Assembly (NCBI GenBank): GCA_964291675.2 | Contig: OZ219866.1 | Location: forward strand, 1,760,001 to 1,824,000 | Direction of reading: 5' to 3' | Length of the DNA: 64,000 nucleotides | From: Alphaproteobacteria bacterium | Lineage (GTDB): Bacteria; Pseudomonadota; Alphaproteobacteria; MPNO01 | Translations under genes and position numbers: made by a program | The notes under the pieces: generated by a model | What the model was told of the DNA's origin: nothing | Database searches by the model: none | The model's input: the letters and a program-made list of their open reading frames with translations, nothing else | Shown here: piece by piece, positions 1-9,525 of the stretch | How the letters are laid out: each line of letters opens with the position of its first letter | How positions within the stretch are numbered: position 1 is the first letter of the stretch

Positions 1-319
1 ATTCAAGGAAAGCCTCGCCGCGCCCATGCTTGCGCTGTTCCCCTTCCTCGCCGAAATCCGGGTGCTGCGGCAATGGGCGGGCCTCGCCGACATGACCCCC
101 GATTTCAGCCCGATCATGGGGCTCACCCCGGTCGGCAACTACTATATCGACGCGGGCTGGGGGACCTGGGGGTTCAAGGCGACGCCGGTCTGCGGCAAGC
201 GCATGGCGGAGACCGTCGCGACCGGGACGGCGCCGCCGCTGATCGAGCCCTTCGCGCTGGAGCGGTTCGCCAGCTTCCGGCAGCTCGGCGAGCGCGGCGC
301 CGCCTCGGTCGGGCATTGA
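1..319 (+). CDS. mgdA: N-methylglutamate dehydrogenase subunit A / sarcosine oxidase beta-like, C-terminal part (5' truncated by window)
   Basis: RQWAGLADMTPDFSPIMG and GWGTWGFKATP motifs; C-terminus GERGAASVGH; first gene of a BDAG-type operon. Confidence 0.8.
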   Translation, partial: FKESLAAPMLALFPFLAEIRVLRQWAGLADMTPDFSPIMGLTPVGNYYIDAGWGTWGFKATPVCGKRMAETVATGTAPPLIEPFALERFASFRQLGERGAASVGH

Positions 320-329
320 GGAACGCGCC

Positions 330-617
330 GTGAAGATCCTCGATTGTCCGCTCAACGGCCCGCGCAACATCGCGGAATTCGTCTACGGCGGCGAGGCGGT
401 CGAGATGGCGGACCCGGAGACCGCGAGCGACGCGGCCTGGGCGGAGTACGTCTTCGGCGCCGGCACCGAGCGCGGGGTCGTGCGCGAATGGTGGTTCCAC
501 GTACCGACCGCCTACTGGTTCATCGCCGAGCGCGATACGGGAACCGACGAGGTCCTCAGGACCTACCCCGCCTCGGAGCTCTTCCGGCCCGATGGCGAAG
601 CGGGAGACGGCGGGTGA
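330..617 (+). CDS. mgdB: N-methylglutamate dehydrogenase subunit B / sarcosine oxidase delta-like
   Basis: MKILDCPLNGPRNIAEFVYGGE...EWWFHVPTAYWFIAERDT; GTG start after GAGG RBS. Confidence 0.85.
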   Translation: MKILDCPLNGPRNIAEFVYGGEAVEMADPETASDAAWAEYVFGAGTERGVVREWWFHVPTAYWFIAERDTGTDEVLRTYPASELFRPDGEAGDGG

Positions 618-3529
618 CCGGCGGCGCGCATCGGCTTCCGCCCCAGGCCGGGGAGCGGATCGACCGCGCGCGCATCCTCCGCTTCAGCTTCGAGGGCAGG
701 ACCTATGAGGGCTTCGCCGGCGACACCATTGCGAGCGCGCTGGCGGCCAACGGGGTCTCGGTGCTCTCCCGCTCCTTCAAGTACCGGCGGCCGCGCGGCA
801 TTTTCTCGATGGGGGAGAAGGACGCCAACTCCCTGGTTCAGCTACCGGGCGAGCCCAACGTGCCGGCCGCGACCCGGGCGCTCGAGGACGGGCTGGTCGT
901 CTCGGGACAGAACTACGACGGCAGCCTGGATCGCGACCGGGGCGCCTGGATCGGCCTGTTCTCCCGGTTTCTTCCGGTCGGGTTCTACTACAAGTCTTTC
1001 TTTCGGCCGGCCGGCGCGTGGCAGCGCTGGGAGAAGCTGTTTCGCGCCCGCGCGGGTCTCGGCAAGATCGACCCGGGCGCCGAGCCCGGGCGGTTCGACA
1101 AGAAATACGGGTTCTACGACGTGGTGGTCGTCGGCGCCGGCCCGGCGGGTCTCGCCGCCGCCGCGAGCGCGGCGGAGGCGGGAGCGCGGGTGCTGCTGGT
1201 CGACGATCAACCGGCGCCGGGCGGGGCGCTCACCTATGCGCGTTTCGGCGCGGACCGCGCGCCGCAGGACCGCCAGCTTCGCGCCCTCGTCTCGGCGGTG
1301 GAGCGCGCCGAAAACGTCGAGATGATGACGGGGGCCGTTTGCGAAGGCCGGTTCGCCGACAACTGGCTCGCCATCGTCAGCGGACGGCGGCTGCACAAGG
1401 TCCGCGGCAAGCGGACGATCGTGGCTGCCGGCGCGATCGAGCAGCCGATCGTGTTCCGCAACAACGACCTTCCGGGGGTGATGCTGACTTCGGCGGCGCT
1501 CAGGCTGATCCGGCACTACCGGGTCAGGCCGGGCCGGCGCGCGCTCGTCGCGACCGCCAGCCGGGACGGCTATGCCGCGGCGCTCGAGCTGAGCGAGGCC
1601 GGCGTCGAGGTGGCCGCCGTGGTGGACCTGCGCCGACACCCCGACCCGGGCGGCGAGTCCGCGGCGGTCGCGGAGCGGGGGATCCGGGTGATCGCCGGGC
1701 ATACCCCGTCCGAGGCCAGAAAGGGCCGGCGGACCGGCCGCGTCCGGTCGGTCCGGGTATCGCCGATCGCCGCGACCGGGCGGTTCGGCAAGGGCGGGGA
1801 GAGCATCGCCTGCGATCTGGTCTGTATGGCGGCCGGCTACGCGCCCGCCGCCCATATCGCCTGTCACGCCGGCGCCCGCCTCGTCTACGACCGGGCGACG
1901 TCCGGGCTCCGCATCGTCGACCTGCCGGACGGCGTGTTCGTCGCCGGCGCGGCCAATGGCAGCCACGACCTCGCCGCGGTCGTCGCGGAGGGCCGTCGGG
2001 CGGGCTGGGCGGCCGCCGGCTCGCTCGGTCTCGATGCCGGGGACGCCCCCGCCGTGCCGGACGAGCGGGGGCGCGGCCGCAACCATTCCTGGCCGGTCTT
2101 CGCCCATCCCAAAGGCAAGGAGTTCGTCGATCCCGACGAGGATCTGGAGATCCGCGACCTGCGGGATGCCGTGGACGAGGGCTATGCCGATGTCGAGCTG
2201 ATGAAGCGCTACTCCACCGTCGGCATGGGCCCGTCGCAGGGCCGGTACTCGGCCGTCAACGCGCTTCGCATCGCCGCCGAGGCCACCGGCCGGGAGCCCT
2301 CGCGGACCGACACGACGACGGTCCGGCCACCGGTCACCGGCGAAAGTCTCGGCGTCCTGGCGGGGCGCGGCTTCGAGCCCGTCCGGCTGACCCCGATGCA
2401 TCACCGCCATGTCGAGGCCGGCGCCCGGATGATGGTCGCCGGCGACTGGATGCGGCCCGCGTTCTACGGCGCCGAGGCCGACCGGGAGCGGCTGGTCGCC
2501 GCCGAAGCGTCGCATGTCCGCGAGGCGGTCGGGCTGATCGACGTGTCGACGCTCGGCGGGATCGAGATCCGCGGCGCCGATGCGGCCGCCTTCATGGACC
2601 GGATGTACACCTTCGCCTACCGCCGTCAGGCGGTCGGGCGGGTCCGCTATGTGCTGATGTGCGATCGGGCCGGAGCGATCATCGACGACGGCGTCGCCTG
2701 CCGCCTGGGCGCGGAGCATTTCTACGTCACCGCGACCACCGGCGGGGCGGACCGGGTCTATCGGGAGATGCTGTGGCACAACGCCCAGTGGCGCCTCGAT
2801 GTCGACATCGCCAACGTCACCGCCGCCTGGTGCGGCGTCAACATCGCGGGCCCGCGGTCGCGCCAGGTGCTGGGCCGGGTCGCCCCGGAGGTCGATCTCT
2901 CGCCCGACGGCTTCCCCTATCTCGGGGCGCGCGAAGCCCGGGTCGCGGAGATCCCGGCCCGCCTGCTCCGCGTCGGCTTCGTCGGCGAGCTGGGCTACGA
3001 GATCCACGTTCCCGCCGGCTGCGGCGAGGCGCTCTGGGACCGCCTGATGGAGGCGGGAGAGCCCGAGGGGATCGGGCGCTTCGGGGTCGAGGCGCAACGC
3101 CTGCTGCGGCTGGAGAAGGGCCACATCATCGTCGGCCAGGATACCGACGGGCTGACCACCCCGGCGGAGGCCGGCATGGAATGGGCGGTTGCGCGGAACA
3201 AGCCGTTCTTCGTCGGCGCGCGCGCGCTCAAGGTTCGCGATCGGGACGCCCCCGCCCGCAAGCTGGTCGGATTCGTGCTGGACGATGCCGAAGCCGCCGC
3301 GCCGGAGGAATGCTGCCTGGTCATCCGCGACGGCGAGATCGCCGGGCGCGTGACCTCGGCGATGCGTTCGCCCCATCTCGGCCGGGTGGTGGGTCTCGCC
3401 TTCCTGCCGCCGCAGACCGCCGAGCCCGGCACGCGCTTCGACATCCGGCGGGCGAACGGCGAGACGGCGAGGGCCGAGGTCGCGGCGCTGCCGTTCTACG
3501 ACGCGGAAGGCGCGCGACAGGAGGTCTAG
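614..3529 (+). CDS. mgdC: N-methylglutamate dehydrogenase subunit C / sarcosine oxidase alpha-like (FAD/NAD domain plus GcvT folate domain)
   Basis: GDTIASALAANG, SRSFKYRRPRG, VVGAGPAG, KRYSTVGMGPSQGR, DVSTLG, GFVGELGYEI, LRLEKGH; GTG at 614 overlaps the mgdB stop (GTGA). Confidence 0.88.
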   Translation: MTGGAHRLPPQAGERIDRARILRFSFEGRTYEGFAGDTIASALAANGVSVLSRSFKYRRPRGIFSMGEKDANSLVQLPGEPNVPAATRALEDGLVVSGQNYDGSLDRDRGAWIGLFSRFLPVGFYYKSFFRPAGAWQRWEKLFRARAGLGKIDPGAEPGRFDKKYGFYDVVVVGAGPAGLAAAASAAEAGARVLLVDDQPAPGGALTYARFGADRAPQDRQLRALVSAVERAENVEMMTGAVCEGRFADNWLAIVSGRRLHKVRGKRTIVAAGAIEQPIVFRNNDLPGVMLTSAALRLIRHYRVRPGRRALVATASRDGYAAALELSEAGVEVAAVVDLRRHPDPGGESAAVAERGIRVIAGHTPSEARKGRRTGRVRSVRVSPIAATGRFGKGGESIACDLVCMAAGYAPAAHIACHAGARLVYDRATSGLRIVDLPDGVFVAGAANGSHDLAAVVAEGRRAGWAAAGSLGLDAGDAPAVPDERGRGRNHSWPVFAHPKGKEFVDPDEDLEIRDLRDAVDEGYADVELMKRYSTVGMGPSQGRYSAVNALRIAAEATGREPSRTDTTTVRPPVTGESLGVLAGRGFEPVRLTPMHHRHVEAGARMMVAGDWMRPAFYGAEADRERLVAAEASHVREAVGLIDVSTLGGIEIRGADAAAFMDRMYTFAYRRQAVGRVRYVLMCDRAGAIIDDGVACRLGAEHFYVTATTGGADRVYREMLWHNAQWRLDVDIANVTAAWCGVNIAGPRSRQVLGRVAPEVDLSPDGFPYLGAREARVAEIPARLLRVGFVGELGYEIHVPAGCGEALWDRLMEAGEPEGIGRFGVEAQRLLRLEKGHIIVGQDTDGLTTPAEAGMEWAVARNKPFFVGARALKVRDRDAPARKLVGFVLDDAEAAAPEECCLVIRDGEIAGRVTSAMRSPHLGRVVGLAFLPPQTAEPGTRFDIRRANGETARAEVAALPFYDAEGARQEV

Positions 3530-4236
3530 TGCCCGATCCGGACCGCTATACCCGCCGCAGCTTCGTCTACCGCGAGCTCGCGGCGCGCGGCGCGCGGTTC
3601 CGCCGGCTCGCCGGCGCCGCGGTGGCGGCCGATTTCGGCCGGCCGGAAGACGAGCGGCGCGCGCTGGAGCGGCTCGGCCTGTGCGATCTCTCGCCGCTGC
3701 CCCGGGTCGGCTTCAAGGGCCCCGCCGCGCTGGACTGGCTGCGCAGCAGGCGGGTCGTCGGGCTCGCCCGCGACAACCGGGCCGATGCCCAGGCGAGCGG
3801 AGCGCTTGCCGCCCGGCTGGCGCCGACCGAGGCGCTGATCCTGGGCAGTCTGACGGGCCGGGACGTTCTCTGCGCCCGGCTCGAGGCGGCGCTCGACGCA
3901 ACGCCCCGTCCCGGCTGCTACAAGGCGATGCGGCGCGACGGGAGCTTCCATTTCCTGCTCGGCGGCGCACACGCCGCGGACGCCATGGCGACGCTCTGCG
4001 CGGTCGATCTCCGGGCGCGCGCCTTTCCCGCCGGAAGCGTCGCCCAGACCTCGGTGGCCCGCCTGTCGACGATCGTGATCGGCGTCGCGCTCGGCGAGGT
4101 GCCCGCCTTCCACCTGCTGGGCGACAGCGCCTCGGCCGTCTATGCCTGGGGCGTGCTGGTCGACGCGATGGCGGAGTTCGAGGGCATCCCCGTCGGCCTC
4201 GACGCCGTCCGTCACGCGGTCGCTAAGTCCGGGTGA
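3529..4236 (+). CDS. mgdD: N-methylglutamate dehydrogenase subunit D / sarcosine oxidase gamma-like
   Basis: RRSFVYR, LCDLSPLPRVGFKG, LCAVDLR...VAQTSVARL; GTG at 3529 overlaps the mgdC stop; C-terminal part of the 1018..4236 ORF. Confidence 0.82.
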   Translation: MPDPDRYTRRSFVYRELAARGARFRRLAGAAVAADFGRPEDERRALERLGLCDLSPLPRVGFKGPAALDWLRSRRVVGLARDNRADAQASGALAARLAPTEALILGSLTGRDVLCARLEAALDATPRPGCYKAMRRDGSFHFLLGGAHAADAMATLCAVDLRARAFPAGSVAQTSVARLSTIVIGVALGEVPAFHLLGDSASAVYAWGVLVDAMAEFEGIPVGLDAVRHAVAKSG

Positions 4237-5281
4237 AGCGCGGGATCACCCTCTCGCCGAACAGGCGCACCGAGCGCTCGGCCAGCGCGTAGGGCATGTC
4301 GTTGAAATTGACCTGCATCGAGGCGTGGTCGACGCCGCCCATCGCCGCGTCGAAGGCGTGCAGCTGCTCGACGATGTCGTCCGGCGTGCCGACGAAGGCG
4401 GCGTGGTGCGCGACCTGCGATTCGAAGGTCTCGGCCGCCATCCGCGCCCGCATCCTGTCGTAGTTCTCGTAGGTCGAGGGCGGCGCGCCCGTGGCGTAGC
4501 CCGTCGTTGCGTCGACGATCGACTCGAAATGGCGCTCGATCAGGGGCTTGGCGATGTCGATGGCCTCGTCGCGGCTCTCGCTGCAATACATGAAGACGGC
4601 CAGCATCACCGTGGGCTTGCCGGGATGCCCTGCCCGCCGCCAGGCCTCGCGATAGACCCCGACCAGCTCGGACGGGGTCGAGCCCACGCCCGGGATCGCC
4701 ATGACCGCGTGGCCGAGCCGGCCCGCGCGCTCGAACGAGGCCGGCGTACCGACCGCCGCGATGTAGATCGGCGGGCGCGGCTGCTGCGTCGGACGGGGCA
4801 GCGAGGTGACGCCCTCGAAGCTGTGGAACCGCCCGCGGCAGGTCACGTTCTCGACCTCCAGGAGCCGGCGGACCTGATCCAGACCCTCCTCGAAGCGGGC
4901 CACGCTCTCCTCCATGTCGACGCCGAGATGCGCGTATTCGTGATGCAGGAACGCGCGCGCGAAGCCGACATCGATCCGCCCGCCCGAGATGGCGTCCAGC
5001 ATGGCGATCTCGCCGGCCAGCTTGAGCGGGTTGTTGAACGCCGGCAGCACTGCGCCGGTGACCAGGCGCGCCGTGCGCGAGCGCTGCGCGGCGGCGGCGA
5101 GGAACACGATCGGGTTCGGGCTGTAGCCGCCCCAGTGGTGGAAATAGTGTTCGACGATCCGCACATGGGCGTAGCCGTAGCGGTCGCACAGCCCGACGAG
5201 GTCGAGCGCCTCGGCGAAATACTGCGCGCCCGGCTTCTCGTCCGGCCGGACATCGGGAAAGAACTGCATGCCGAACCGCAC
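4223..5281 (-). CDS. LLM class (luciferase-like) flavin-dependent oxidoreductase
   Basis: VEHYF..WGGYSPNP, PLKLAGEIAMLDAISGGR, PRPTQQPRPPIYIA, FVGTPD, LFGERVIP; GTG start at 5281 with GAGGT RBS (alternative ATG at 5317). Confidence 0.9.
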   Translation of the reverse strand: MRFGMQFFPDVRPDEKPGAQYFAEALDLVGLCDRYGYAHVRIVEHYFHHWGGYSPNPIVFLAAAAQRSRTARLVTGAVLPAFNNPLKLAGEIAMLDAISGGRIDVGFARAFLHHEYAHLGVDMEESVARFEEGLDQVRRLLEVENVTCRGRFHSFEGVTSLPRPTQQPRPPIYIAAVGTPASFERAGRLGHAVMAIPGVGSTPSELVGVYREAWRRAGHPGKPTVMLAVFMYCSESRDEAIDIAKPLIERHFESIVDATTGYATGAPPSTYENYDRMRARMAAETFESQVAHHAAFVGTPDDIVEQLHAFDAAMGGVDHASMQVNFNDMPYALAERSVRLFGERVIPRFTRT

Positions 5282-5357
5282 CGGCGACCTCGCGACCGTT
5301 TCCAACCCCGCCGCCATGGTAGCCCAAACCGCGCGGCGGCATAGCGCGGCGGTCGGA

Positions 5358-5386
5358 TTGACGCCGCAGGCACGCTTCGGGAATGT
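5358..5386 (+). promoter_or_regulatory. Putative sigma70 promoter of the GST gene
   Basis: TTGACG-N17-GAATGT about 40 nt upstream of the ATG at 5426. Confidence 0.35.
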
Positions 5387-5425
5387 GTCCGCGCGCCGAT
5401 GCGGCAAATCCGGTGGGGGACTCCG

Positions 5426-6031
5426 ATGAAGGTCTATTATGCGCCCTATACCCGTGCGGTCCGCACGGTGTGGCTGCTGAACGAGCTCCGGCTCGACTAC
5501 GAGCTCGAGCGCTACAAGCTCGGCGAGAAGGCGATGCGCGCGCCCGAATATCTCGCGGTCAATCCGAACGGCCGGGTGCCGACGCTGGACGACGGCGACA
5601 TCCGCCTGTCCGAGAGCACCGCCATCGCGCAATATCTCGTCGCACGCTATGGCGACGGCAGCCTCGCGCGGGGACCCGACTCGCCCGATTTCGCCGCCTA
5701 TCTCCAGTGGCTGCATTACGGCGAGGGCATGATCATGCCGCCGATCAACACCATCGTGGTGGAGACCTTCCTGCTGCCGCCGGAACGGCGCAGCCAGCCG
5801 CACGCCGACCGCGCGCTGCGCCTTCTCAACCGCACCCTGGCGCCGGTGGAGGCGCGTCTGGATGGCCGGGAGTATCTGGCGGGATCGTTCTCCGCCGCCG
5901 ACACCATCACCGGCCATGCCTGCATCATGGCCGAGAAGCGCGGCGCCGACCTCTCCGGCATGCCCAATCTCAAGGCTTACAACGAGCGTCTGCAGGCCCG
6001 CCCCGCCCTCGCGGGCGCCTGGGACGCCTGA
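5426..6031 (+). CDS. Glutathione S-transferase family protein
   Basis: YLAVNPNGRVPTL, LSESTAIAQYL, YLAGSFSAAD motifs; GGGGGA RBS. Confidence 0.93.
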   Translation: MKVYYAPYTRAVRTVWLLNELRLDYELERYKLGEKAMRAPEYLAVNPNGRVPTLDDGDIRLSESTAIAQYLVARYGDGSLARGPDSPDFAAYLQWLHYGEGMIMPPINTIVVETFLLPPERRSQPHADRALRLLNRTLAPVEARLDGREYLAGSFSAADTITGHACIMAEKRGADLSGMPNLKAYNERLQARPALAGAWDA

Positions 6032-6093
6032 CCGGGGACGGCGCGTCTCGCTTCGCGCGGCACCATGGTCTACCGTGCCGGGGGAGACCGACC

Positions 6094-7347
6094 ATGGCCC
6101 AGTTTCAGTCGAGTCCAGCCGGGGAGGAGCCGGCGGGCCAGATCTACGTGCTCGTCGCCTCCGTGCTGACCTTGCTGATCGGTTCCGGCGCCATGTTCCT
6201 GGTCGTCGTCGCGCTCAAGCCGATCGCGGCCGAGTTCTCCTGGCCGCGCCAGGTCCCCTCGCTCGCCTTCTCGCTGCAATTCCTCGGCGCCGGGTTCGGC
6301 GGTTTCTTCATGGGCCGCGTGCTCGACCGTTACGGGATGGGGCCGCCGGCCATCGTCGCCGCGCTGATGATTCCGTGCGGCGCCATCCTGTTGAGCCGGT
6401 TCGACGCGGCCTGGCAGCTCTATGCGATCTACGGGCTGATGATCGGGTTCTTCGGCACCGGCGCGCTGGCCGCCCCGGCGATGGCGAACATCGCGCGCTG
6501 GTATGTCCGCCGCCGCGGGATGGCGGTCGGCGTGGTGGCTGGCGGCCAGGCGCTGGCCGGCATCATGTGGCCGCCGATCTTCACCCTGGTGATGGAGGCC
6601 CATGGCTGGCGCATCATGGCGCTCGCCTTCGGCGCCGTCGCCCTGGTTTTCCTGCCTCCGCTCGCACTGGTGCTCAGGCGAAGCCCGCAGTCGCCTCGCC
6701 GGGCGCCGGACACGGGAGCCGCGTCCGATGGACGGAGTTCCGTCGGCTCACGCGCGCCGATAACGGTGCCTTCCCTGCAGATCGGGTTTTGCGCCGCGAT
6801 CGTCGGCTGTTGCGTCGCGATGGGGCTGCCGCTCGGCCACCTCGTCTCCTATGTCACCGATCTCGGCCATGCGCCGGCAAGCGCGGCCGGGGTGCTGTCG
6901 CTGATGCTGATGTCGGCATTCGTGAGCCGCGCGGTCTTCGTCGGCCTGCTGGCCGACAATATCGGCGGGCTGCGGGCGCTGTTCGCATTCTGCGGTGTTC
7001 AGGCGGTGATGCTCGCCGTCTTCACCACGGTCGAGGGGCTGGTTGCGCTCTACGTCGTGGCGGTCCTCTTCGGCCTCGGCTATGGCGGCATCTTCCCGGT
7101 CTACGCGGTGGCGATCCGCGAGCTCATGCCGGTCGCCGAGGCGGGGCGGCGGACCGGGCTGGTGTTTCTGTTCGGGGCTCTGGCGATGGGCTTCGGGAGC
7201 TGGATCGGCGGCGTGCTGTTCGACGCCACGGGAACCTACATCTCCGCCTTCCTGCTCGGCGTCGCCTTCAACGTCGCCAACCTTGCCATCCTCTCCGTGC
7301 TGATCTACCGGATCGGGCCGCGGCCGCTGCGGCCGGTGGCCGCCTGA
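6094..7347 (+). CDS. MFS transporter
   Basis: About 12 hydrophobic segments; GRVLDRYG motif A; ARWYVRRRGMAVG; GLLADNIG. Confidence 0.9.
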   Translation: MAQFQSSPAGEEPAGQIYVLVASVLTLLIGSGAMFLVVVALKPIAAEFSWPRQVPSLAFSLQFLGAGFGGFFMGRVLDRYGMGPPAIVAALMIPCGAILLSRFDAAWQLYAIYGLMIGFFGTGALAAPAMANIARWYVRRRGMAVGVVAGGQALAGIMWPPIFTLVMEAHGWRIMALAFGAVALVFLPPLALVLRRSPQSPRRAPDTGAASDGRSSVGSRAPITVPSLQIGFCAAIVGCCVAMGLPLGHLVSYVTDLGHAPASAAGVLSLMLMSAFVSRAVFVGLLADNIGGLRALFAFCGVQAVMLAVFTTVEGLVALYVVAVLFGLGYGGIFPVYAVAIRELMPVAEAGRRTGLVFLFGALAMGFGSWIGGVLFDATGTYISAFLLGVAFNVANLAILSVLIYRIGPRPLRPVAA

Positions 7348-7353
7348 ACCGGC

Positions 7354-8370
7354 ATGGTGCGGCGGTCCCGAGAGCCCGAAGACCGCGAAGCCGCGTTCCA
7401 CGCGCGCATCGGCGAGGCGAATCTCGGCGCGCTCTGGGTCGGACGCCGGGGCGTCGACCTGTCCCGGCCGCGGACGCCGGCCCGACCGGCGGTCTGGCGT
7501 TTCGACGAGATGCGCCCGCTTCTGATGGAAGCCGGCCGCCTGGTCAGCGCCGAGGATGCCTTCCGTCGCGTCCTGGTGCTCCAGAACCCCGGCTTCGGCG
7601 GCGCCATGCGGGCGACGCAGACGCTCTATGCCGGGCTTCAACTGGTGCTGCCCGGCGAGATCGCGCCCTGCCACCGGCACAGCCAGACCGCGCTCCGCTT
7701 CGTCATCGAGGGCGGCGGCGCGGTGACCACTGTCGACGGGGCGGCGCTGGCGATGGCACCGCACGATCTGGCGGTCACGCCACAATGGGCCTGGCACGAC
7801 CACCGCAACCGCGGCGAGGAGCCGGTGATCTGGCTCGACGTCCTCGACACGCCGCTGATCGACGCGCTGGATACCGTGTTCCGGGAAACCCATGCCGACA
7901 TCCTGCAACCGCTCAACGGGTCCGAAGCCGGGCGGCTGATCCGCCGCGCCGGCTCGGCCCGCGACGCGCTGGACCGGATCGCCGGCGAGGCCGCGCCCGA
8001 TCCCTGCCTCGGCTGGCGGTTCCGCTACGACGATCCCTGCCCGACGATGGCGGCGTTCCTGCAGCGTCTGCCCGGCGGGTTCGAAGGGCTGCCCCGACAG
8101 GCAACCGACGGCACGATCTATTGCGTCGTCGAGGGGCGGGGCGAAACCGGGTTCGAGGACGCCATCGTCGAATGGCGCGCGCATGACGTCTTCGCGGTGC
8201 CCGGCTGGTGCCGGCACCGGCACGCCTCCGCCCAAGGCGCGGTCCTGTTCGGCGTAAGCGACCTGGCGGCGCAGCAACGGCTCGGCCTGTGGCGCGAAAG
8301 GCGCGCCGGCCCGGACGGCGCGATCCCGGAGCGGCACGGCGGGCCGCAAGAATCCCGGCCCGGGGGTTAG
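7354..8370 (+). CDS. gtdA: Gentisate 1,2-dioxygenase-like bicupin
   Basis: RRVLVLQNPG, LYAGLQLVLPGEIAPCHRHSQTALRFVIEG, TPQWAWHDH, WLDVLD, QQRLGLWRE. Confidence 0.82.
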   Translation: MVRRSREPEDREAAFHARIGEANLGALWVGRRGVDLSRPRTPARPAVWRFDEMRPLLMEAGRLVSAEDAFRRVLVLQNPGFGGAMRATQTLYAGLQLVLPGEIAPCHRHSQTALRFVIEGGGAVTTVDGAALAMAPHDLAVTPQWAWHDHRNRGEEPVIWLDVLDTPLIDALDTVFRETHADILQPLNGSEAGRLIRRAGSARDALDRIAGEAAPDPCLGWRFRYDDPCPTMAAFLQRLPGGFEGLPRQATDGTIYCVVEGRGETGFEDAIVEWRAHDVFAVPGWCRHRHASAQGAVLFGVSDLAAQQRLGLWRERRAGPDGAIPERHGGPQESRPGG

Positions 8371-8400
8371 CGGTCCGGCCGCGCACGACGCGACATCGAC

Positions 8401-8426
8401 TTATTTTCACCTGCGCAAGAAAATAA
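8401..8426. promoter_or_regulatory. 8-10-8 inverted repeat (candidate operator) in the AT-rich region upstream of LysR
   Basis: TTATTTTC-ACCTGCGCAA-GAAAATAA perfect dyad within an AT-rich stretch of about 130 bp. Confidence 0.45.
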
Positions 8427-8526
8427 TCGTTTTGAACCGTCTTTCATCAAGGATAACTTGGGTAGAGTAATGTATTGCGCATGGCAGTACGGGGCTTTGC
8501 TTTCCTTGCATGTTTGATGTATCGGT

Positions 8527-9447
8527 ATGGCTATGATCAGGCGCGGTCCATTCCAGATCCCGGCGACGAGTACCCTGATCGCGTTCGAGAGCGCCGCCAG
8601 GCACGGTAACTTCTCGCGCGCGGCGGAGGAGTTGCATACCTCGCAGTCGGCCATCAGCCGCCACATCGCCAAGCTCGAGGGGCAGCTTGCGACACGGGTG
8701 TTCGACCGGTCCCGGACCGGCGTAAGCCTGACCGAGGCGGGAGTTCGCCTGCGCGACGCGGTCTCCGACGGGCTCCGGTTGATCCATCGGGGCGTGCTGG
8801 AGGCCGGCGAGATGCCGAGCGACGCACAGGTGGTCATCGCCTGCTCGCACGATTCCTGGCAGCTCGTCTGCATGCCGCGGCTCGACGCGCTGCGAAAGGC
8901 GCTCGGCGACAACATCCGGGTACGCGCCCGGCTCTACCATCGCGACTTGCAAGACCTGCAATCGGACTCCAATGCGGACCTGGTGTTCACCTGGTCCGCA
9001 AATCGGCCCGGACCGGCGGCCTTCGCCCTCAAGGAGGCCGTCAGGCCGGTCTGTTCGTCCGGCTATGCGGCGGCCAATGCGGATATCCTGAACGGGCCCG
9101 TGAACGGCTGGGGCGCGTTGACCTTCCTCGATTTCGCCCCGGCCGATCGTTGCTGGGCGTCCTGGGAGGAGTGGTTCCGGGTCGCCGCGCGCCCGGACGG
9201 CAATCCGCGTCTCGTGGAGCTGGACAGCTACACCCATGTCGTGGAGGCGGCCGTTGCCGGCCGGGGCATCGCGCTGGGGCGCCGTTATCATGTCGAACGA
9301 TATCTCGATACCGGCGCGCTGGTCACCCTGGCCGCCGGGTTCGTCGAGTTCGACAACTATTTCTGCGGCCTGCTCACCGAAAAGGGGCAGGCGAAGCCGT
9401 TCGCCCGCAGGTCGCTGACGTTCTTCGACGAATCGGCCCGGCACTGA
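8527..9447 (+). CDS. LysR family transcriptional regulator (GcvA-like)
   Basis: LIAFESAARHGNFSRAAEELHTSQSAISRHIAKLE HTH; EAAVAGRGIALG. Confidence 0.93.
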   Translation: MAMIRRGPFQIPATSTLIAFESAARHGNFSRAAEELHTSQSAISRHIAKLEGQLATRVFDRSRTGVSLTEAGVRLRDAVSDGLRLIHRGVLEAGEMPSDAQVVIACSHDSWQLVCMPRLDALRKALGDNIRVRARLYHRDLQDLQSDSNADLVFTWSANRPGPAAFALKEAVRPVCSSGYAAANADILNGPVNGWGALTFLDFAPADRCWASWEEWFRVAARPDGNPRLVELDSYTHVVEAAVAGRGIALGRRYHVERYLDTGALVTLAAGFVEFDNYFCGLLTEKGQAKPFARRSLTFFDESARH

Positions 9448-9525
9448 ACCGTCGACCCTTTCGCCCGGCATCGCCCGCCTGTATTCGTCGGCCGGGTTGC
9501 ACGCGTATCGGAGGCGAGGGGACGG

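Noticed and set aside
842-3376. 844-aa minus-strand ORF, and the N-terminal 837 aa of ORF 1018..4236
   Set aside because: Shadow/alternative frames of mgdC; no motifs, and stop codons are scarce at this GC content
8482-8500. Sigma54 promoter TGGCAG…TTGC
   Set aside because: GG-GC spacing is 14 nt rather than 10
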